Shown here: in pieces, positions 13,813 through 19,587 of the stretch
Layout: every line of letters begins with the position of its first letter
Position numbering within the stretch: position 1 is the stretch's first letter
Source of the DNA: an uncultured Spirochaetales bacterium
GTDB lineage: Bacteria; Spirochaetota; Spirochaetia; Treponematales; Breznakiellaceae
Length of the DNA: 19,587 bases
Direction of reading: 5' to 3'
Assembly (NCBI GenBank): GCA_964541755.1
Contig: CAZIRF010000048.1
Coordinates: 1 to 19,587, forward strand
Notes under the pieces: model-generated
Told to the model about the DNA's origin: nothing
The model's database searches: none
Seen by the model: only the letters and a program-made list of their open reading frames with translations
Program-made: the position numbers and the translations under genes

Positions 13813-15426
13813 ATGACACAGACGACAAAGAGAAGATCAATACTGATAGTCCTGGCGGCCCTTCTTGCGGCCGGCCCGATTTCTTCCCTGGCGGCAAACG
13901 GGACAGACAGCGCCACGGATGCGGGCAAGACGGCCGGCCGCAGTAACCCGCTTACGGTGGGCATTACCCAAATCGACACCTCGCGTCTCATGGCCTTCCA
14001 GCGCAACCGGCTCTACATACGGGCCTTGAGCCCCCGCGGCGAGGTCCTCGAGGCCCCGGACCTCCTGGGCTCGGAGCAAACTATCAGCCTTGATGTGCAT
14101 GAGTCCTCCGACGGCATTCACTTTGTTCGGGCAGGACGGGCTCAGGTTCAAAGGGCCCACCCCCGGGATGCGGGTATTTCCTTTCTGTTTCTCGTGGACA
14201 ACTCGCTGTCCATGTACAATCAAACCCTGGTCACCTCCGATGGCAGGGAAGGCGCGAGCAGGGCAGAAGCGGCAAATGAGGCCGCGAAGCGCTTTCTCCT
14301 GTCGATAAGCTCTGCCAGGGACAAGGTGGGGTTGGCAAGTTTCAACACCCGCTACGAGCTGGTCCTGTCTCCCACGGCAAATCTCGACGAGAGCGGTCCC
14401 GCCCTCGACCGCATTGTGGAACCCGGCCCGGATGACGGCTATACAGAGCTCTATGCGGGCCTCGTACTCGCTTCGCGCGATCTGGGAGAGGTCTCCGGGC
14501 GGCGAGCCCTCGTCGTCCTGTCCGATGGCGAGAATTTCCCCTGGCACGGCAAACGGGGGAGCCCCAGCCCGGTTTTCGGCGAAAAGGACTGGCGGGCCGA
14601 CGAGGCCCTCGAGGAGGCGGTACGGCAGGGGGTAACGGTCTTCGCCATCCACTTTGGCACCGAACGCGACGATCACTTGTCGCAGTTGGCCCGCGCCAGC
14701 GGGGGCCAGGTCTTCAATGCATCCAACGATGAAGAACTCGCCGGGGTCTACTCGACCATTCGCGACAACATTCGCCGCGAGCTCCTGCTTGAGTACCGCG
14801 CCCTCATGCTCGAAGGAGATCGGCGCTGGGTACGCCTCGTACCGGCTGCAGAGGGGCAGGAAATCGGAACCGCATCACCAGTGGCGCCGGGCGCGCGGGC
14901 GGGAGACCGCTACTACTATACAGGGACGGTCTTCGGAGCCGCAGGCACCGCGCTTTCGCCCTGGTTCTTGCTTCTTGTCCCGCTGGCCCTCCTCTTCCCC
15001 CTCGTCATGGCCCTCATTCCCTTCGAGAAGCCCAGCATGTCTGCCAATCTCTCGCTCCTCTACGCAACGGGGGCCGGACGCGGCACCAAGGTCTTCGCAG
15101 TGGGAGACCGTACCGTCATCGGGGCCGATGCCCGAGCCGATGTCACGATAGTGGGCAACACCCGTCTGGAGGAAAGCCCGGTAACCATCATTCGCGACGA
15201 GCGGACGGGCTCCTACACCATTAAAAGCAGCGAGGCGATAACGGTCAACAACCGGCAAGTGCGCGAAAAGACGCTCGTAAACGGGGATGTGATCAATGCC
15301 GATGGCACCCTGGTGGTCTTCGACGACAACGATGGAAGCGTCATTCAGGGGAAAGGGCTCCTCGCACGCATGAAACGCTTTTTGGCAGGCCAGGGTGGAA
15401 AACAAAAGGCCCGCAAGGGGAAATAA
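13813..15426 (+). CDS. Secreted von Willebrand factor type-A (vWA) domain, single TM helix, then a C-terminal cytoplasmic FHA-like domain. 537 aa.
   Basis: Signal peptide MTQTTKRRSILIVLAALLAAGPISSLAANG. vWA with MIDAS-like DxSxS (LFLVDNSLSM), then ...GYTELYAGLVLASRDL..., ALVVLSDGENF, VTVFAIHFGTERDDHLSQLARASGGQVFNASNDEEL. TM ALSPWFLLLVPLALLFPLVMALIPF. FHA-like KVFAVGDRTVIGADARADVTIVGNTRLEESPVTIIRDERTGSYTIKSSEAITVNNRQV. GGGAG lies 7 nt upstream of the ATG at 13813. The track ORF's upstream extension overlaps the previous gene and looks spurious. Confidence 0.8.
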   Translation: MTQTTKRRSILIVLAALLAAGPISSLAANGTDSATDAGKTAGRSNPLTVGITQIDTSRLMAFQRNRLYIRALSPRGEVLEAPDLLGSEQTISLDVHESSDGIHFVRAGRAQVQRAHPRDAGISFLFLVDNSLSMYNQTLVTSDGREGASRAEAANEAAKRFLLSISSARDKVGLASFNTRYELVLSPTANLDESGPALDRIVEPGPDDGYTELYAGLVLASRDLGEVSGRRALVVLSDGENFPWHGKRGSPSPVFGEKDWRADEALEEAVRQGVTVFAIHFGTERDDHLSQLARASGGQVFNASNDEELAGVYSTIRDNIRRELLLEYRALMLEGDRRWVRLVPAAEGQEIGTASPVAPGARAGDRYYYTGTVFGAAGTALSPWFLLLVPLALLFPLVMALIPFEKPSMSANLSLLYATGAGRGTKVFAVGDRTVIGADARADVTIVGNTRLEESPVTIIRDERTGSYTIKSSEAITVNNRQVREKTLVNGDVINADGTLVVFDDNDGSVIQGKGLLARMKRFLAGQGGKQKARKGK

Positions 15427-15431
15427 CAGAT

Positions 15432-16433
15432 TTAGCTGGCGGGCTCTCCCAGCGAGACAATCCCCGACCAGGGGTCGAAGGGCTGGCCCGGCAGAATGAA
15501 GGCGGCCTGCATGAGGGCTGCATTGTGGATCTGGATGAAGCGGCCATCCGCACGCAGGTAAAACCGCTCGCGTGAGGGGCGGTGCCCGCCTATCATGACG
15601 CCGGGCTTGACCGATTCGGAAAAGAAGGAGCGGAAGGTTTCCTCGACGGCGCCTTCCACCGCCTGCCCGATGTCCGTCCAGGTAAGTGCCTCGACAATAT
15701 CGCCATCGAGCCGCGCGTTTACCACTTCTTCGACCGAAAGCGGGAATGCGGGTTCTGCGTGGCAGGCCAAAAAGCCCCCGCCGCGGGCCATGAGGGGCAA
15801 GGTGTCTTCAAAGGCGGCATAGGTCTCGAAAAAATCGGCACCCAGGATGCGAAAGGTCCAATCGGCGGCCATCTCGCCTTCGGAGGCGAACTTCCCGTAG
15901 GGGTGGTCCCCCTCCCCTTCCCGATTGCGAATGTTGTCGTGATTCCCCTTAAGAAAGAAAAAGCGCCCCGGATACGCCGCGACAAGACGCGACACATGGG
16001 CCATGGCGGTAAAGGCCAGCGACATCTCCTCGCGCATGGCGGCGTCTGTTTTCCAGCCCTCTTGGTACTCGAGCCAGGCGGCGCGCCAGCGTTCCTTGCC
16101 GGCGAGGCCCTCGCTGTGCGGCCCGTCCCCCAACATGACGACTTGGATGCGACCTGCCTCGAGGGCATCACGCACGGTACGGGGCTCGCTTCCTGCCGTT
16201 TGCGGTGGTATCAGCCAGGACTCCAGGGCGTCCAGGACCGCTGGACGGGCGTGGAGATCCGGGAGAATCAGGCAGGGAAGCCCCGGGTCAAGCTCAATGA
16301 GCGCACCGGGTTCACCATCTCTTCGCACGGGGCGTATAGCTGCCGGCAGGCCAAGCAATGCCTCTCGGGCGGCGTCGAAAGCCCGTTGCCAATCCTTTCT
16401 TTTCGTTGGCAAATCATCACTTTTTTGTGGCAC
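15432..16433 (-). CDS. Calcineurin-like metallophosphoesterase (PPP-family-like phosphoprotein phosphatase), 333 aa.
   Basis: Metallophosphoesterase motif order: LILPDLHARP (a degenerate GDxHG), VVMLGDGPH, FFLKGNHDN (GNHD/E), further downstream His residues. GTG start at 16433 with AGGAG 5 nt upstream. Ser/Thr-phosphatase specificity is inferred from context (adjacent STK/FHA locus). Confidence 0.6.
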   Translation of the reverse strand: MPQKSDDLPTKRKDWQRAFDAAREALLGLPAAIRPVRRDGEPGALIELDPGLPCLILPDLHARPAVLDALESWLIPPQTAGSEPRTVRDALEAGRIQVVMLGDGPHSEGLAGKERWRAAWLEYQEGWKTDAAMREEMSLAFTAMAHVSRLVAAYPGRFFFLKGNHDNIRNREGEGDHPYGKFASEGEMAADWTFRILGADFFETYAAFEDTLPLMARGGGFLACHAEPAFPLSVEEVVNARLDGDIVEALTWTDIGQAVEGAVEETFRSFFSESVKPGVMIGGHRPSRERFYLRADGRFIQIHNAALMQAAFILPGQPFDPWSGIVSLGEPAS

Positions 16434-16495
16434 GAATGCTCCTCATGCCACCAGTATACCACCTTGTGTGCGCTACGCCAGAGTCTGATTGCGTT

Positions 16496-17434
16496 TCAAT
16501 TGAGGTCAAGGCTGATAGCGATGGCGGCGGGGCTCACCAAAAGGCGATAAGGGGGTTTTTGCCAGCCCTGCCCCGCTGCGACCGCCGTCCTGTCGGCAGA
16601 ATCCCGTCCGCTTCCCCGGACGCGGTGCAGCATGGGCACCAGGAAGCCTGCCGCCGATCCGACGAGTGCCCCAACGATGACGTCGCTGGCGAAGTGGCTG
16701 CCGCTGGCAACGCGCAAAATGGCGGTAGATAGTGCGAAGCCGTATGAACCGCCAATCACCACCCATCGCCAGGGCGAATCGGGGAAATACGCGGCAAAGC
16801 TGTAGCTGGCAAAACCCGCACCGGCAAAGGCCATGCTCGTATGGCCGGAGGGAAAGGAATCAAACCAATCCTCCCGGGTATCGCTGTCATCGGGGTATCC
16901 GTCTGCATAGAGGTAGGGACGCGCACGGGCGAAAAGGGTCTTGCCGGTCTCCTTGAGGCCCCAGGCCAAAAGGGCCGTCTCGAGGTACATCGCGCCGATG
17001 GTCACCCAGTCCCCGACCGGCGCTGCCGCGAGGGCTGCAGGGGCGAAGAAAGCCGCAAATTGGGTGATGTCGGAAATCGTATCGAGGGTGCCGTTATAGG
17101 CTGCCAGAAAGGCCCGGTCAAAACCCCATACCTCGGAAGGATCGAAGGGGGGAAGTGCGGCGGGCCCGGAAGCCCTGTCGACAACAAAGGGCACGAGATT
17201 GAGACCGATAACCGCCCCCGCGAATGACAGGTCCACCGCAGGGTTCAAGGCAAAGCAGGTACGCGAGCCCAAGAGCCAGTTGGCACCTGGCGCCGCCTCA
17301 AGCGTGGGCGCCCCCAAAGGGGCTGGTGCTGTGGTGGGTGCGGGCTCTATGGCGGGTGAAGACTCTGCGGCGGGCAGATTGACCAAAACGATGATTGCGA
17401 GGCAAACAATACAGAAAAATCGTTTCAATTGCAT
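16496..17434 (-). CDS. PAP2-superfamily (type 2 phosphatidic-acid/lipid phosphatase) secreted or membrane-associated protein, 313 aa, starting at MQLKRFFCIV.
   Basis: PAP2 motifs KxxxxxxRP (KETGKTLFARARP), PSGH (FPSGHTS) and SRxxxxxHxxxD-like (SGSHFASDV). N-terminal signal peptide followed by an Ala/Pro-rich linker. I chose the ATG at 17434. The track ORF extends 106 codons upstream through low-complexity GC-rich sequence. Confidence 0.75.
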   Translation of the reverse strand: MQLKRFFCIVCLAIIVLVNLPAAESSPAIEPAPTTAPAPLGAPTLEAAPGANWLLGSRTCFALNPAVDLSFAGAVIGLNLVPFVVDRASGPAALPPFDPSEVWGFDRAFLAAYNGTLDTISDITQFAAFFAPAALAAAPVGDWVTIGAMYLETALLAWGLKETGKTLFARARPYLYADGYPDDSDTREDWFDSFPSGHTSMAFAGAGFASYSFAAYFPDSPWRWVVIGGSYGFALSTAILRVASGSHFASDVIVGALVGSAAGFLVPMLHRVRGSGRDSADRTAVAAGQGWQKPPYRLLVSPAAIAISLDLN

Positions 17435-17844
17435 GTCCTTTTTTCTTTCATCACAAGCCGATACTGTGGATCGGGGTTTGAAAGCCTTAAAAACCCATAG
17501 GAAAAACTGTATAAAAATCTTCAAACGGTGACGAAATTTGTACGGTTTTCCTGATATCTTGGAACAAAATATCACACAGATCCGGAAATAACAGCTACAT
17601 CCAAGAGATTGCCCCGCTACGGGCCCCGAACATGCTCGTGTTGATAAGGCATGAAGGGGGCGCGGCGGCTTCCCCATGCCAGAAGCCCCCCTGCCCCAGA
17701 GAGCGAGCGGAACTGCTTTACGCAGTTCCGCCACGGTCAAGTCGCACAGCATCTTGACCCGGCCCCCCTGCGGTCGGGCCGCGCCCCGGCCGCTCCCGCG
17801 CCCGTGTCGGGTCCCGCCCTACCCCCGCGAGAGAAGGAGGGGTA

Positions 17845-19101
17845 TCAATCAAAATCCAGCTGTGCCCCAAATACCCAGCCTTCCCTCTTGTTGGGAAGAC
17901 GAATCTTGTACCAACAGTCCTCGACCCCATCTACATAATCCTTGAACTCGCTATGTTCGAGTACCGTACACTTTTGGCCCTGACGAAGCAGCTTGAGTGT
18001 CTTTCCATCAATGCTTCCATGGTCCCGAAGCACTGCCCCCTTAACGGTAATGGTTGCTTGATAGCTTATCTCGAAGACAAGCAATCCTCCAATGTCTTCA
18101 CCGGCCTCATTTTTGTACCCCCCATAGGCAATAACATGGCGACCGTTCGGGCTTACCGCGTAATCATCAACTATATAGCACCCCGTCTCGTGTACTCTAC
18201 CTTTGGTGTCCAGGATATCAAGACTCATGGAATCACTACTGGGGTAGGGACTGTAGGGCCCAATAAAATGTTCGGGGCTTAATATCTCCCACCTTATATA
18301 TCTTGTACCAATATTGTAGTAGCCAATTGACAGCCGATTCTTTGGATCCAATACTTCAACTTCACGACCTTCCCAGATTCCATCATGGTTTCGATGCCCA
18401 AAAAGAATCTTTGATTCTTTTTCATGAATAGAAAACCAAGTAAAGAGCTTGTCATTATATCCATAGAGAAATTCATAATTGACCGGTGATCCATCATTAA
18501 ATGTATAAAAGAGTTTCTCGAAGGTAGAGTATTCATGGAGCTTTTTGGGGTTGATATAACCAAGATTGAGCCCCTCGGGGACTGTTACTTCCTCTCCCCG
18601 TCGATATGCCACTCCAGCGCTTCCATGCAAATTGTAATAGTATCTATAATTCAATGGCCTCTTATTGCGAAGCGGAAACCCAGCATAAGAATAATCATCG
18701 AGATAAGGGCTCTCATCGTGAAGTTCGACAATTTCATCCAAATCTGGATCAAATATCGCTGGTTGTTTCCCGTTTACGAAGAAATACAATTTGTTGTTAT
18801 ATGTGGAAAAACCTTCTACACCCATTCTACCAACTGACTTCCCTCCTGGTGCGATATATCTATGAATACTTGAAGGATCTGAAAACTTTCGTATATAAAT
18901 ACCCTCTTTCATATCGCTTAGTTTATAGTAGACCATCTCTGCGAAGTAGTCATTGCCAATTGAGTATAGTTTATTAAGCCGTGAATAGGAGCCTCCACAA
19001 TAGACCAGCTTTGCCGATACTGGTGGGACTTCTTCCCTCGCACACCCCGATACTATCAGGGCAAGATAAATTGCTGTGCATACGGCGGCAATTTTTTCCA
19101 T
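17845..19101 (-). CDS. Lipoprotein, Tyr-rich and probably beta-rich (beta-propeller-like) N-terminal region, with a C-terminal SH3b-like (bacterial SH3) domain. 418 aa. Lies in an AT-richer segment.
   Basis: Lipobox LALIVSGC after an N-terminal signal peptide. Recurrent beta-strand-like motifs (NKLYFFVNG, DKLFTWFSI, SKILFGH, HVIAYGGYKN). C-terminus GKTLKLLRQGQKCTVLEHSEFKDYVDGVEDCWYKIRLPNKREGWVFGAQL resembles SH3_3/SH3b. The GC content is visibly lower than the rest of the window. Confidence 0.6.
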   Translation of the reverse strand: MEKIAAVCTAIYLALIVSGCAREEVPPVSAKLVYCGGSYSRLNKLYSIGNDYFAEMVYYKLSDMKEGIYIRKFSDPSSIHRYIAPGGKSVGRMGVEGFSTYNNKLYFFVNGKQPAIFDPDLDEIVELHDESPYLDDYSYAGFPLRNKRPLNYRYYYNLHGSAGVAYRRGEEVTVPEGLNLGYINPKKLHEYSTFEKLFYTFNDGSPVNYEFLYGYNDKLFTWFSIHEKESKILFGHRNHDGIWEGREVEVLDPKNRLSIGYYNIGTRYIRWEILSPEHFIGPYSPYPSSDSMSLDILDTKGRVHETGCYIVDDYAVSPNGRHVIAYGGYKNEAGEDIGGLLVFEISYQATITVKGAVLRDHGSIDGKTLKLLRQGQKCTVLEHSEFKDYVDGVEDCWYKIRLPNKREGWVFGAQLDFD

Positions 19102-19502
19102 TCTTCATATCCTCCCGGATTGCTTCTTCGAGCAATCTCCAACATTTTCTGCTTTTCTACCGGGCTGGCCTTCGGGTACCACTCCCGCAAATAGGGTAGC
19201 ACGGTATCCGCACCCATAGCCGCAAAACTGGCACTCTCGAATAGATTGTTCGCCCGCATCACTGTCAACATCTCGCTCGTAAAGCTCTGGCCTAAAGCCT
19301 CAATCGGCTGACCGAAAAACCTCTCCATGAAGGCTTCCGACTGCATGTAAGCCGCTCTGTTTTCCGGATTATTGCGACCTTTAAAAGTATGCCCCCCATA
19401 CACTTCAACTGCAGGCCCTGCGCTCGTAATGGTATAACCTGCCCCATCCAAGTAGTCGGTAGGATCCGTGTAGATACCTGTTTCTTCATCTTTTACCTCC
19501 AT
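19056..19502 (-). CDS. Hypothetical protein, 148 aa. Its 3' end overlaps the start of the lipoprotein gene by 46 nt. Same AT-richer segment.
   Basis: It is the longest ORF in this region. The amino-acid composition looks protein-like (MEVKDEETGIYTDPTDYLDGAGYTITSAGPAVEVYGGHTFKGRNNPENRAAYMQSEAFMERFFGQPIEALG...). I recognise no family. A second ATG 14 nt downstream in another frame has a better SD (GGAGG 6 nt upstream) but gives only 65 aa. Confidence 0.4.
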   Translation of the reverse strand: MEVKDEETGIYTDPTDYLDGAGYTITSAGPAVEVYGGHTFKGRNNPENRAAYMQSEAFMERFFGQPIEALGQSFTSEMLTVMRANNLFESASFAAMGADTVLPYLREWYPKASPVEKQKMLEIARRSNPGGYEEWKKLPPYAQQFILP

Positions 19503-19587
19503 GTGTAAGTGTGGGCCGGTTGTGTTCCCGGTTGTAGACTCTCACATTAAACCATCCTGAACCCGCAAGAAACTCTCACGATCAGTT

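Noticed and set aside
15582-16550. 322-aa plus-strand ORF antisense to the metallophosphoesterase (also 15719..16171 -, 16003..16488 +)
   Set aside because: No motifs and no RBS. The opposite strand has the metallophosphoesterase motif order and a GTG start with AGGAG.
17707-17731. Perfect 10-bp-stem hairpin GCGGAACTGC-tttac-GCAGTTCCGC as a transcription terminator
   Set aside because: No U/T-tract follows on either strand. I note it only as a structured element in the GC-rich boundary tract (see the composition finding).
17435-17752. 106-codon N-terminal extension of the PAP2 ORF (track start 17752)
   Set aside because: It passes through AT-rich promoter-like sequence and Cys/Arg-rich low-complexity translation. 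The signal peptide begins at the internal Met (17434).
19292-19489. 65-aa minus-strand ORF (MKKQVST...) with an excellent SD (GGAGG, 6-nt spacer) in a second frame of the 148-aa hypothetical gene
   Set aside because: It is much shorter and reads basic and low-complexity, while the overlapping 148-aa frame reads like a globular protein. It is kept as a caveat for that gene's start, not called as a gene.

Overview
This is a GC-rich (roughly 60-65% by eye) bacterial window with diderm signatures: a LolA-like periplasmic protein, an OM beta-barrel ending in F, and lipoproteins. I see no tRNA, rRNA, CRISPR array or transposase. From 5' to 3' the window holds four main things. (1) The window edge carries a tandem array of 19-bp units, 8 of one type and 3 of a second type, and each unit holds a TGAC-N3-GTCA palindrome. 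A bidirectional terminator and a convergent yjbQ-like gene follow. (2) A tightly translation-coupled plus-strand operon runs GntR (YtrA-like), a polytopic SPFH/stomatin protein, a LolD/MacB-type ABC ATPase, two FtsX-type permeases, a LolA-like periplasmic protein and an OM beta-barrel. It is closed by a strong bidirectional terminator. (3) A Ser/Thr phospho-signalling locus is built around three FHA-domain proteins. It includes a Hanks kinase with an extracytoplasmic beta-rich domain, a polytopic-membrane FHA protein, a secreted-vWA-TM-FHA protein and a small soluble FHA protein. It also includes a PPP-type metallophosphoesterase and a PAP2 lipid phosphatase. Physically linked to it are an unusual fusion of a roughly 200-aa domain of unknown function to an HU/IHF DNA-binding domain, and a stand-alone paralogue of that domain. 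A DUF4349-like membrane protein and a YjfB-like putative motility protein are also linked. (4) The last roughly 1.7 kb is compositionally distinct (AT-richer). It encodes a Tyr-rich lipoprotein with a C-terminal SH3b-like domain and a small hypothetical protein. Many long antisense ORFs in the supplied track are GC-driven shadow ORFs and I ignored them. I could not run any homology search; every call below is from reading the sequence and its translations.
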